From Chara braunii (Eukaryota; Plantae; Charophyceae): a DNA stretch of 64,000 nt. The stretch spans positions 8,517,688-8,581,687 of the forward strand of contig BFEA01000004.1 of NCBI GenBank assembly GCA_003427395.1, written 5' to 3'. Both the position numbers and the translations under genes were made by a program. This document shows positions 1 to 12,801 of this stretch, in pieces. Positions within the stretch are counted from its first letter, which is position 1. Every line of letters begins with the position of its first letter. Under the pieces are notes generated by a model. That model did no database searches and had not been told where the DNA came from. It worked only from the letters and a program-made list of their open reading frames with translations.

Positions 1-439
1 CCAACCAACCAATCAATCGATCAATCAACCCAAAAAAAGAATTTAAAAAAAAAAGAAAGCGCACTATTGTGCGTATGTATGTGTGCGCGGAGGGGGGGGT
101 GACCTTCCCGCAACCAATCAATCAATCAATAAAAAATAATAATAAAAAAAAAACATGCTTTTGCGCGCGACGTGTGTGTGTATGTATGCGCGGGGGAGGG
201 CGCCCCTCGACAATCAACCAACCAATCAATCACTATACATATATTCGTTGATCGGTTGATTGATTAATCGATTTACTCATTGGGGAGGGCTCATAGGGGG
301 GGTGACCGGGGAACCTACACCAACCAACCAACCAACCAACCAATTGATCTAACAATCAGTCAACCAAAATGATGGGGGCTCCAAGGTTTTTTCCCCCTAC
401 TATCTTTTAGGATATATATATATATATATATATACATTC

Positions 440-472
<33 letters not shown>
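1..472. repeat. Low-complexity (CCAA/TCAA)n-rich degenerate repeats ending in a (TA)n microsatellite
   Basis: Recurrent ccaaccaaccaatcaatc motifs; (TA)n at ~412-472. Confidence 0.7.
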
Positions 473-478
<6 letters not shown>

Positions 479-726
479 ACACATTAGAACATACTGAAAA
501 TTTAGAGGTAGGTGTTTTAGGTCATCCTTCATCTATAAAAAACAATAAAAAACTTTAAGCTCGAAATCGGGTTTGGCGGGCTTCGAACCATTGGTCGGGC
601 GAAGCCCCAACCCCTGTCTCAAGCCTCGAATGTTCCGGAGGGGCTCCGACTTCCCCCCCCAAGTATAACACTGCCTTGTACAACTTATTTTGATTGATGT
701 TTTCACAGTTTTAAAATGCAAAAACT

Positions 727-822
727 TATACAAGTGCCTTTGCACCAGAGTTAAGAATCTATCATCTTGAATTGTATTATGCAGAAGACTCATTAATATT
801 TCATGGTCAATTGTATCGAGCA
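727..822 (-). pseudogene. Group II intron RT/maturase fragment (probable NUMT; island ~480-830)
   Basis: Translation LDTIDHEILMSLLHNTIQDDRFLTLVQRHL matches the maturase RT domain-3 region (FDtIdH..L...L...I.D.rFl.Li); neighbouring DNA has organelle-like GC palindromes (gggcgaagcccc). Confidence 0.7.
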
Positions 823-1623
823 TTTTAAACATGGCTACCACGGACCCGGACAGCGGACCACCCCGGGCCTGGACGTCAACATTTCCGGACCAATCCGGAC
901 TATCCCCACCATGTCCGGATTGGTCCGGATGGTCCGGATAGTCTTATCCGGATCCATCCGGATTGAAAAAAAAAAAAAGGTGTCGCGGTCGCATGTTGCG
1001 AACACATCCCTCCCCCTTCACTCGAGTCCTCCCTCTCCCTCTTGGTCTGAACCTCCCTCCCCTTCTTTTCGGATCTCCCTCCCCCTACTTCCAAACCTTC
1101 CTCACATTTCTTTCGAACCTCCCTCCCCCTTCGTCCGAACTTTGGAAGCAAAAGGTAAGTTCGCAAACAAAAGAAAGTATGCGAATAAAACATCGTGAAT
1201 GAATAAAAAGAACCTCGATTCTGTCTGCTAACAGAATCGTCATGTAATGAAAAACAATGAATAAGATTCATAACAAACACTCCCGGGGAAGGAGTTGCAA
1301 AGGAAGGGGGAGGGAGGTTTTGTATGAAGGGCAAGAGAGGTTTGAAATAGGGGAGGGATTCCAATTAAATCCCAAGCTCAAAATGAAAACAATCCAAGAG
1401 ATCGTGAGAGAACAAAAAGAACTGCTGTCGAGCGCATCGGCTCCCACGTTTTTGCAAGGTACAGGAACCCTCCCGGCTATGTCACGTAGGAGTTGAACAA
1501 AAACAAAACTTGAGGCAACTTGGGACGATGCATAAATAATCCCGCGAGCCGCCGAGACGGGCGAGGTCGCATCGTTCCTTCTCCGCTCTAGCCGGGTGCA
1601 CCAACTGTATATCCCACATGGAA

Positions 1624-1626
<3 letters not shown>

Positions 1627-1722
<96 letters not shown>

Positions 1723-1757
1723 TCGTCATCGAGCTCCTCTATCATCGAGCTCGATGA

Positions 1758-1792
<35 letters not shown>
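1627..1792. repeat. (GA)n / (TC)n inverted microsatellite with a perfect 15-bp unique stem
   Basis: (GA)n-GTCGTCATCGAGCTC-10 nt loop-GAGCTCGATGACGAC-(TC)n. Confidence 0.9.
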
Positions 1793-1794
<2 letters not shown>

Positions 1795-4700
1795 GGCATG
1801 CGCTCCGAGTAGCTTCCTGGTGCGTTCAAATCGAATGGCGGCCTACCTCTCTGCAACACTTTTAAATGGCAGGCGGGCGGTGCGGCGGACGACAATTCTC
1901 GGACTGCCCCAAGCCGTCAACGGTCTGTAAAGTGTGCTGTGAGGGCGAGTAGGAGTGAGTACAAAAAAACAAAAGTGGGGCGGGTCCGAGCACCCTAAAC
2001 GATCGGTACTGACTCAAAAATTCAACCTGATATTTTTTTAGGGCACCCTGGACCCAAGGAACGGGTCCAGGGCGCCCCCTATTTTTTTTGAATTTTCGGA
2101 CCCCTCTGGACGGGCCTCCTACTGTCTGACATCCAGACACCAGACCCCAGACCGTCTGGATGCCCGTTGGGATGTTCGCATGGGAGCGATGATTTTAAAC
2201 CTTCAGCATTTTATGTACCCCACAACCACCTTTGAAAAGTCTCGCCATATATGTTTCACATAATTATTAATTATTTAATTAATAATCTATAATAAAAAGA
2301 ATCTTATTAGCAAATTGATTCCTTAAAAGTATTATTTATTTTCGAGAGTCGATCCAAATCCCATACAATAGAAATTTAATGAGATATATCATGGGTACCC
2401 CTAGGGGAAGTGGAATCCACCTTGCCTCCCTGAAAGACAGATGTCATAGATCAACTTGACGATAGGGGCCTTTTGAGTCGATCAAATCCCTAAAAGACCT
2501 TTGGTCATAGGCGGTATGGAGGCAGCAACCGTTTTGTGTCGCCTGACCTGGTGAAGTCCAATGATCAGACTAGTGTAGATGGTACTACTCTTGGTGACGA
2601 TCAAAAGCAACATGCTGACGTGATGTGTTCATCGACTTATGAGTTTGAAAACTGCAGATGATGATGAATCAATGAATGCCTTTAAATAAACTGCCTTTAA
2701 GAGTAAGGGAGCGAGGAACTCAATGTAAAACAATACTAACACCATCCACCTCCCCAAAGGAGCCAAGATTCCACACAAGCCTTAGAGCCCTACCACAAAA
2801 CCATAGGCAAATCTCCGGATTCGAGAAAGTGAGTGGACATATAGGGTGAAGAAAGAGGTTTGCCTGCATTGTAGCAAACTGGGACATTCGGTCCAACAAT
2901 GTTTTAGGTTACAACAAGGAAACCAGACAAGGGGTTAGAGTCGTTATCAACACACTCTACTACAGGAGAGGCAGAACCCGTAAGTGCAGGTCCTTCTGAG
3001 GACTCTAATCCCACTCAGATCCCAACTGATAATGATTCCAAGGCTGAAAAACTGCATATCTGCTACAAGAAGCCTTGGGTGCAGTTGCAAGAGGTGACTT
3101 TCATGCTCTCGTGCTACGTTAGACTCAAATGAAGCAAGAACTCGTGCGGGAAAAAACGAAGTTCACCTTCTTCAAGCTCCGCATTAATGACCGATACATC
3201 CGTGTGTAGGTTGATTGTGGCGCAACCCTCAACTACTTCTCACCACATGACATTCGTAAGACATGCTTGGGAATAAGCAAGTGGCTTTGCAGAACTCTTG
3301 TCAGACCCAAGTGGACAACCAAGAGGTTGTCAGCCAAAGAAGTATGCACTACCTTCAACACAGACCGCACAAACACACATGAGTTGAACTTTTATGTCCT
3401 TGATAAGTGTCTCTTCGATGCGGTCACTAGCTCGGGCTGGTTGTAAGCGTAATGTAAAAGAACCACGTGGAAGCACTCACCGTTCACGGTCAAAGATGCC
3501 ATGGGGATCGGATGTCCAGTTTTTTGGACGAAACTACGACTCCCAAGTGACTTTTCTCAAGGCACTAAAATTCTGCAAGAAGTGACGCAAACACAAAGAT
3601 GATGTGCAATTGTATATAGCCTTTGTTAGGCCTACATGTCCTTTCTATTTTTGTTGTACATAACGGTTCTACTTTGCATGTTGTTTCTACTTCTAATGCA
3701 ACTACTTCTACATTTGGTTCTACGTTTATTCAATCTACTTTTAGTCCAAATGGTTCTACTTCAAATCTGGTTGTCTTGACTAAACATATGTAGTCCGATA
3801 TGCTTGCACCGAATTTCCATTCTCCACCATGAGCGGTTCCATCAGAAATCCACAATCTTATCAACTGATTTCCTGAAGTTTTGGCCAAACCACATAGAGT
3901 TCCATTGCGTCCGGTCCAACACAAAATCGAGTTGATAGTTGGATAAAACCGAGCGAATCTGAAATTCGTGCGCCCGTTTTGTTTGTCCCTAAGAAAGGAG
4001 GTAAACTGCGCCGAACCACATGGAGTTCCCTTGCGTCTGGTCCAACACAAAATCGAGTTGATAATTGGATCAAACCGAGCGAATCTGAAATTCGTGCGCC
4101 CGTTTTGTTTGTCCCTAAGAAAGGACGCAAACTGCGGATGTGTATTGACTACTGTATATTGAATCGAATAACCAAAAAAAAAAGACATCCTTTGCCACAC
4201 ATTTATGATTTGCTTGATGTTGCAGGTGGGTACAAGGCCTTTTCCAAGATTGATCTCAAGCCTGGTTACGACCAGATTAAAGTCGATCCTGCAGACCGAC
4301 ACAAATGTGCATTCAAGACTCGCAATGGGCTGTAAGAATTCACCGTTATACTCTTCAGTCTCACGAATGCACAGACCACCTTTTAAAGTCTTATTGACAA
4401 GGTATTCCGTAAATAAATCAATTTATTGTCGTTTATCTAGATGACATTCTAATTTTCGACAAGTTGATGGAGGACCACATGAGACACCTTGAGGAGGTGT
4501 TACAGATCCTCAATGACACATAGCTCCATCTCAACTTAGAGAAATCTACGTTTGGAAGATGCATCGTTATCTATCTTAGACATCGATTGTTTGCCGCAAA
4601 CCTAAAACCAGAAACAACCAAAATTAAGGTCATTCGCAAGTGGTCTTGACGTGCAAATGTCTGTGAACTGTGTTTTTTTCTTGGTCTTGCATCACACTAT

Positions 4701-4816
4701 AACAAGTTTGTGTCCAAATCTTCTGTCATTGCCCTTCCATTGTTCAAACTCACAAGCAAAAACATATCTTACACATGGAATAGAGAATGTACAACGACCT
4801 TCCAAGCCTTGAAAGA

Positions 4817-5183
4817 ACTACCATTTCGTCAAAATGGACATTTTTTATTTTTTGAACGAAATTGAAACCGACTTTTTTTCTTAACATTTATGGCCGAAAA
4901 CTCAGTCTAAATTTGCTGCTCTAAAGGGTCCGACGTTTTTAAAACGCTGGACCCCCTATATGTATCTGAACCTAGCTTGAGACCAGATACATCCAGGCGG
5001 TCCCCCCTGGATGTATCTCGTCTCAAGATTAGTCTTGATACATCAAAGGGCTCCATCGTTTTAAAAACGTTGAATCCTTAGGAGCAACAAATTTAGACTG
5101 AGTTTTTAGCCAAAAAAATTCAAAAAACTGAGTTTCAATTTCGTTCAAAAAATAAAAAATATCCATTTTGACGAAATGGAAGT
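4817..5183. mobile_element. Fold-back MITE (near-complete 367-bp palindrome) inserted in the gypsy RT/RNase H junction
   Basis: actaccatttcgtcaaaatgga... versus ...tccattttgacgaaatggaagt; pairing extends to a central ccagatacatccagg/cctggatgtatct; imperfect ~8-bp TSD ttgaaaga/tgaaaaga; the gypsy frame (TFQALK|TLISHPVL) resumes after it. Confidence 0.88.
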
Positions 5184-6232
5184 TGAAAAGACTTTGATAA
5201 GTCATCCAGTGCTCCACATGGCAGATCCCAAACTCACATTAGAAGCCACTACGAATGCGAACCTATAGAAGATTGACGCAATGCTGCAACAAGATGATGG
5301 TGATGACTTACATCCGCTACTACAACCAGCACATGCCAAGTCAATAGGTAGCTACTTCCCCCTCCATTAGAGAGCTTTATGTCTTTAGAGAAGCATTAGA
5401 CCACTGAAAACATTACCACTTGGATCACTATTTCTACATGTTCTCATACCATGAGACTTTAAAATGAATCAAGACAAAATAATTCATCTACTACCAGTTG
5501 GTTGCATGAGATTGATGTGTATGATTACTTAAACATAAGAAAGGGTGTTACAATCGTGTTGCGGATGCTTTGTCTCACCACCCTGAGTACATGACTTGCC
5601 TGGGGAGCTTCCACGATCTTTGGAAGAAATTGAAGGAGAAATTGATGTGTATGATTACTTAAACATAAGAAAGGCTGTTACAATCGTGTTGCGGATGCTT
5701 TGTCTCACCACCTTGAGTACATGACTTGCCTGGGGAGCTCCTACGATCTCTGGAAGAAATTGAAGAACAAATTAGTGGAGCAAATTGCCAAGAAATCTGG
5801 AACTCAGTCCCGTCCTTATGCAAATGAAAGCTGACCTAGCAGTCGGCCTAATTTGCAAGAGTGTGAAGGTGTACTCTTATGACGCTATGAAGAATACGAC
5901 CAATTGTGTGTACTCAAGCTCATAGTCGGAGTGAACACTTTGGTTTTGAAAAAAACTACGAAAACCTATTGAAAAAGTTGTTTGGCCTGCGATGAAAGGA
6001 ATGACCAAAACGTTTGTGGATGAGTGTCAAACTATGAAAGCCTATTGAAAAAATTGTTTGGCCTGGGATGAAAGGAATGACCAAAAAGTTTGTGGCTGAG
6101 TGTCAAGTTTGTCAACGCATCAAACCATCCCGACAAAATCCCAATGGGCTGCTGCATCCTCTTCCTATCCCCGATGATCTTGGTGAGTCTGTCTCCGTTG
6201 ACTTCACATACATAGGAAAGAAGAGCAGCAAT

Positions 6233-8757
6233 TTATGAGAGAATAACAAAGATTAAAACCATATGAAAAACTCAGAAGAAGATGCCTTGAGCATTAATAT
6301 CACGGCGTACAACATCTCCTCCTCCAGCAACCCAACCCTTCCACTCAATATGCCACTCAGATTGAGGTACACAATCCTACTAGTTCTATCTTTATATACT
6401 AAACTCTATGCCCCGTACGTCGGGACGGAGTCCCTCCTTGGGCAGAAATTACCCCAAGGCAAAACCCACATGTTTCTCTAAGAAAATTTTCNAATGGTCC
6501 GAGCCTAGATTATGGCCCAAATGCAGCCTTCTGTACCTAAGCGAGAACCAATATCAATTCTTCACAGCGCATCGCCGCGCGAAACGTAAAATAAAATATA
6601 AAAATATAAAAATAAAATTTATTTGAAAGGTTGTGATAAGGACTCGAAAATGCGGAAAAACAATGACACCATCAGCTTAGTGTCTCTCAGTCGTACTTCG
6701 ACACCTGTGTCCGAGTTACTACTGAGTTGGATTTCCCCGTCCTGCGTTGCGATATGCGTCTTCAGGCAATATATGAGAATCGACTGCCGCCGATTCCTTA
6801 CATAGACCTGCTGCTTCTTGCCGAGTTACTTGGCCGACGTGTTTCACTGCTCCTCATTACAAGACAAACGACCCCCTCATGTCGTGTACACAGTAGATAG
6901 TGGTTGTCGCTCAGTCTTTGAAAACGTGTTTCCAACCACTCCTGTCAGCGGCTCCTAGAGCTGGGGACCCTCCCTCCTTTTCATCCATTCGAGACCCTTG
7001 GTGACTACCTTCCGGGGGTAGTCCAATTTCCTAAGCTTAGCAGCAAGCGTAAGGACGCCCAGACATATCGTCCCTTCGTCATTGCAGTTCCGAGAGATCC
7101 TAAGAATGGTGTTGGCCACAACGCGAATTTTGCCTTTTTAGGCCCAAATGAGTCGAAGTCTGTGTATGTACGGTACTTTAGTGGGTTTCGGGACCAAACG
7201 GTCCCTGCATTTTTGAATTTGTGAGCAGATAATATGTGAGCCCTTGTTTCTGATACTATTAGCCTGGTCTCCAGAAAATCCAAAATCCCAGCCCTAGAAT
7301 CAGTTCGTTTCAGTCTTAGATCCTCCGGATAACACCTTGTAATCTGGTCCAGCCGGGCATTGGCCTTTGCCAGTCCTTCTGGGTCCCCCTTTTTTAAGAA
7401 AGAAATGATTACTAAATCGTCGATGTACCGCTTCCCAGAAATTAACTTACTATCAGCCCCAGGTGAGCTGATGAATTTGTATTCTGGGAACATGGACATT
7501 ACACAGGCAAGTGGCGGACTAGCACTGCCGCCCATTGGAATTCCCTGCTTCTGTGCGAGGACTGCATCAACCACAAAAAACAGTGTTATCAAGTTGAAAT
7601 CGAGTTAGCTGTAGCAGTTTGCTAAGGCGAAACGATTTCCACCTAGGCTCCCCATGGGATTTCCCAAATGTGGCACACCGCTTCCTGCTGTTGATTCGGA
7701 TCCACCGGATACCTTGGGCTGAGAACTGTTGTATCAGCTATTCGACTGCCTGGTGAATTACATCGTGAGGCAGTTGAGTGAACATTTCTTTTATATCGTA
7801 GGTCCGTGCTACAAGTCCCAATAACGGGGCTTCACCTTCTTTGTTCACTTTTGCGATCTCCAAACGCAGATCGCCGATTGTCCGTAGGTTGAAATGCGGA
7901 CTTTTCACTCGTTTAATCAATTTATTGAGAGCAGTCGATAGCATGCCAGACGCAGACCGGAAAGGACTTTGGAAAGAAGGGACTATAGGTCTCCTTTTTT
8001 CTTTGTCCTTCTCCTTAGCCATTATATAGGCATACTGCAGTTTGCCGAGTCTGTCCCAACTAGTGATTTCTGCTAGGCCAGCCTCCACATACCGTGTCTT
8101 CATTTCCAGCAAGATTTTNCCCTTATCGATATTGACCCTCTCATAGTTGTTATTACTCAGAAACATTTTTTGCAAGCCTTGCTCGTACCGTTTGGGACAT
8201 TCAATCCAAGTTTCACTTGGGTTGCGGTCCAATGGGGCAAGAACAAGGCCTTCAAATGCTCGCNTAATTCCCAAAACATATTCATTCAATACACACCCTG
8301 GTGGCATGGTTTCTCCTTTCCTACTCACCGAGTCGAGGTGAATCCTCACCGTTTCAGAAACCAGACCTGTTTTACGAAGCCCATCCAGCGCCTCGTTGCA
8401 AGTTTGGTTGAGGCACTCCCTGTTAACCACCGAACCTGGAAACGGAATATTTTTCGCATTATGCAGAAATGATTTGATACCATCCACCTCACTGAGCTTA
8501 ACGGCGACATGCCCATTAGTTTTGGGCAAGTCGAAACTTTCGCACACGCAGTTGAATTCANTGTTCTGTGCGAAGCGTTTCTGATTATGTAAAAGATCGC
8601 CGACCGACTTGGCTTTTAGCCAAACGGTGCGAGTCCTTTTTACATACACGTCAGCCAGCGGTTTTGGTAAAATGTGATCGCTTATCCAGTTCTTTACGAA
8701 GTCCTCAACTTTCTGTTTGTCAATAGAGGTGCAAAAGGGAATTTTTACAGTCACAGG
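6233..8757 (-). mobile_element. 5'-truncated Penelope-like retroelement (Naiad/Chlamys-type RT) inserted antisense in the gypsy integrase
   Basis: ORFs 7738-8832 and 7005-7592 carry CVC..NGHV, LDRN (DK motif position), RRPIV, YDIKEMFTQLPH, QKQGIPMGGSASPPLA and RYIDD, all typical of PLE RT; the frame ends REGPQL* at ~6956 with no GIY-YIG; gypsy integrase KKSSN|..YLQVMVIVDRF is split here. Confidence 0.85.
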
Positions 8758-9955
8758 AATTGATATTTGCAAGTGATGGTGATCGTTGACCGCTTTACAA
8801 AATTTATGAATCAGATTCCATTGCCACCTCACGCCCCAACTGACCTTGTGATCGAGGAGTTTAACAAGAGGTACATTCTGCCGTATGGCCCAAAACTCTT
8901 GTAAGTGACCGGTGCACTAGGTTCATAAGTGCAGATTGGAAGGACTTCACCTCCCATATCTACGACATCAAACTCAAGATGGCGTCTGATCGACATCCTG
9001 AAGCCAATGAATTGGCCGAGGAAATCAACCAGACCGTTATCCAGCTTCTCCGAGCTCTAATTGTTCCTGATCGGGACTCTTAGGATGAGGAATTCCCAAT
9101 TGTGCAGCGGTTGTACAACAACTTCATGCACTCCTCCACCGAGAAGACACCAAATCGGTTGCACCTCGGGTGGCAGATTCACAATCCCCTATCCCATTTG
9201 TTTCTTGAGGCGACGCTTGGCCTAACACCTGGCCAGCCTGGCTACAACACTCTTCCCGCGATCTTGAATACTAACTTTTAAGCTCGATCGCTTGCTCAAG
9301 TTGTTGTTGCAGCTATGGGCAAGCGACACAGTGCCATGATGCTAACAAGAAGCGCCAACCTGGACCGTTTATGGTGGCGAGTTAAAGTTTGGATCAAAAT
9401 GTCTGACTTTTTTGAAGAAGACGGGGTGTTGCGAAAACTTCTTCCTCAATATTATAGTTTGTGGCAAATGCTGCAACAGGTGGGAGATGATTCGTTCGGT
9501 CCTCCTTATGTGATTGACGTGCCTCCTCATCATCGCACATATGCAGTCTTTCACCGCATCAAAGCTGTTTCTATACCTACCTCCTGAAACCTTTCTATAT
9601 TGAGCGCCGCTGACCGATCAAGGGCGGTTACGAGATTGATAGAATTGTTGAACAAAGTGGGAAAGGGGAAGAACAAGTGAGACAAGTCTATATCACTCAT
9701 TAAACGAAATTTACTGGATTTCTAAGAGAGATTTACTGCGGAGTGCACCGCAAGTCGTCAAAGCCTATGAACTACTGATTGTCTCCGAACAGCAGCCACA
9801 GTCTACCAATCAGCAACCAAAACAACAACCGAAGCTTACTCTACTCTCACTCCTACAGAACATATTCGATTACCCTTTGCCATCTACGCCTATGATGCAT
9901 TGTGCAAGGACTCTAAGCGAGCTACGAAGGGACCTTGCTCTTGAGGGGGGGGTAG

Positions 9956-10550
9956 TGTAATGACCTGCTAAAACAAAGACTGAGAACACTGCTGATTTAT
10001 GAGTTTTGCCGCTGGAATGAATGCCTTGCTGAGATTCCCGCATCCTGCTGAGTTTTCTAAGTCTGTGTGCCTGTCTGAGTGCTTGTCGGCTTGCGTGTGT
10101 GTGACCCGCAAGGGCACTTGTTTGTTAGGAGGCCCCGCAAGGCGGGTACCTAGATGTGGTCGTGACTTTGATGGTTGCAGGAGGGAAAACACTCAAGTGG
10201 CGGGAGTAGGCCCACGACACTTAAAGCAGTGGGTAAAAACACTCAAGTAGCAGGTAGGCTGGTACCACTCAGCTAGCGGTAGATGCGTCCGGAACTAGAG
10301 GCCGAGCAGAAGAAGACAACAAATTGATAATTCTTATACAGGCCCAATAGCTAGTAGGCTAGGTCTAGGCGTGTACTAGTCCAAGTAGCCTGAGTCTAGG
10401 GCCTGTGCGGACGATATCAGAGCCTGCACTAATGTTTCCCCTGAAAGGGAGGAGGTACCGATTGCTTGGAGGCCGCGCAGCTTGGAAATCACCGCCCAAG
10501 AGGTAAGTAGGTCGCTATATCTCCAGGCAGAGCAAGTTGCTCTGCCTCAT
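9956..10550 (+). repeat. Probable 3' LTR of the gypsy element (right end not resolved)
   Basis: Starts TGTAATG immediately after the polypurine tract gaggggggggtag. Confidence 0.6.
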
Positions 10551-11584
10551 TTGCGGTATGCCAGTTTGGGCGTCATGCTGCTTGAGCGGGCACTGGAGTA
10601 AGGAGCGCTGCTCCTCTAGCGCTGCCGGGGGGGAGAGACGCCTGGGTGACCTCCTTGACTATGGAGGAAGACCCCAGGTAGGTGAAGGACGAAGAAGGGG
10701 ATAGGGAGAAGATCGGAGAGAGACTTACCTGACTATGGTGGACGCCATCTTCATCACGTTGTAAGGCGCTGCATCTGGAAGGCCGCAATGGGGTTGCGCT
10801 GCACCAAGAAGACTTCAAGGCAGAGGCAGGCATGGCGGCCTGAGCAGCAGCAGCCATAGCTGCTTTGTGTTGTCTTTTGCACAAAAGGGCAAGGCTCTTA
10901 ATAGTCCGCCATAGCCGCAGCCTGGTTGAGGAGGAAGACGATGGAGGCCATGGCTATGGTGGACCTCTGGTGATGCCATTATTATTATTGAATAAGAGGG
11001 GAGGAGCAAAGGAGGACTTTGGTTGGCGAGAAGAAGGGGGGATTATCATTGGTCTTTTGCTGGTGTACGTCTTCTTCTTCTTCTTCTTCTTCTTCTCTAT
11101 CTCTCTCTCCTCTCAAGTTCATCAGTTTCTTTTGCAATTGGACAGCGTTGTGCTTTTTCCTGAATTTTTCAGTTTGAAATTGGCCCGGATTGTAACATCT
11201 GTGATATAATGGCTGGATAACATCCCTTCTTTGTTTGCTATCAAAATCATTTTCTGCATCTGAAAGTGCCCCCTATCCTCACACAGGCTTCCACTAAAGC
11301 GAATCGGTTGGCAGACACGAAGCATCCGATCTGTCTATCGCTACTGTCGTCACCCTAATACAACGTATGGTTATTATAGCTGTATTTGGGGCAACGTTGA
11401 GTCTAGACCATACTTGCGGCGCACTGGTGCGGTGCGCGATGCGGTGCGGTGCGCCCTGCGGAATGCACGCGGTGACACTGCGCATGCATGTGCGCGCGCG
11501 CGCATGAGGTGCGCCGTGCGCGCAGCGCATGGAGACGCGCTACTGTGCAAGGGTGCGCACTCTGCGCCATGCCTTTTTTCGGCT

Positions 11585-11585
<1 letters not shown>

Positions 11586-11618
<33 letters not shown>

Positions 11619-11640
11619 TTAGAGAGAGAGAGAGAGAGTT

Positions 11641-11707
<67 letters not shown>

Positions 11708-11944
11708 NNNNNNNNNNNNNNNNNNNNNNNNNNNNNNNNNNNNNNNNNNNNNNNNNNNNNNNNNNNNNNNNNNNNNNNNNNNNNNNNNNNNNNNNNNNNN
11801 NNNNNNNNNNNNNNNNNNNNNNNNNNNNNNNNNNNNNNNNNNNNNNNNNNNNNNNNNNNNNNNNNNNNNNNNNNNNNNNNNNNNNNNNNNNNNNNNNNNN
11901 NNNNNGGGAGAGAGAGAGAGGGAGAGAGAGAGAGAGAGAGCGGC

Positions 11945-12014
<70 letters not shown>
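11586..12014. repeat. (GT)n(GA)n microsatellite complex spanning an assembly gap
   Basis: Direct reading. Confidence 0.95.
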
Positions 12015-12018
<4 letters not shown>

Positions 12019-12423
12019 GTGTGCTGACACCATCGGACCAAAGAAACCGCCCTTATCAACGGCCAACATGAATCCGAAAGCGGGGCGCCATGCACAAAGG
12101 ACAAAAAACATGGCGGTGTATCTTTCCATATTCCGACGAAAGATTCATTCCCATTTTGCTCATACGTTGGGTGGTGGAGAGCGAAGGGCCGTTGCTCCGC
12201 TACTTGAAAATGAGAATGAATCAGGTAAGCACGTAACGTATCTCTAGAACCTTTTTTTTGTTTTTTTTTTTGGAGAATCTCTGAACAAATTAGATTGAAT
12301 CCTCCGCTTGAACATGGAAAGCTACATTGCCATATATGTCTTGTTTGCATGTCGAGTGTAGGGCAGCGAGCCCGTTGGTGAACAATACCGTTGAGGTTCT
12401 TTTTTTTTTTTTTTTTTTTTTAC

Positions 12424-12716
12424 AGAAAAGTTTCGAAATGCCCCTGAAGTTTGCGCTTATTTGCATTTTGCCCCTCCGACGGCCGATTTACCCTGATTTG
12501 CCCCTCTGACAACATTTCAAGTTTCCAAAAAAAAACTGGTTTCGTTTGGGCCTGAAATATGTTCAATATGCCCCTACCGGTACCCATGCCAAATTTCCAG
12601 TATGCCCCTACGGAAAGCCGTTGGGTATCGACACAAGAATTAAAAGATACCCCTGCCAGTTCCGTGCATCTCTGCTGTACATTACCCTCCTAGCTCCACA
12701 GCTTTCTCAAAACACA

Positions 12717-12801
<85 letters not shown>

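Larger units (their letters stand above)
2400..10550 (+). mobile_element. Degraded Ty3/gypsy (chromovirus-like) LTR retrotransposon, interrupted by a MITE and a Penelope-like element
   Basis: Gag CCHC CLHCSKLGHSVQQC 2861-2902; protease VDCGAT ~3210; RT LRMCIDY..FSKIDLK..GY 4130-4330 and VYLDDI 4431; RNase H ~5200-5600; integrase CQVCQR..GLLHPLPIP ~6100-6230, resuming VMVIVDRFTKF at ~8770; chromodomain-like YEIDRIV..YWISKRDLLRSAPQVVKAY ~9630-9775; PPT 9943-9955 followed by TGTAATG LTR start at 9956. Outer boundaries are approximate. Confidence 0.92.

Noticed and set aside
11374-12350. Long ORFs made of ER/SL/TH repeats or spanning N gaps (also 1268-1895, 34205-34764, 44043-45511, 62764-63483)
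   Set aside because: Artefacts of microsatellites and assembly gaps
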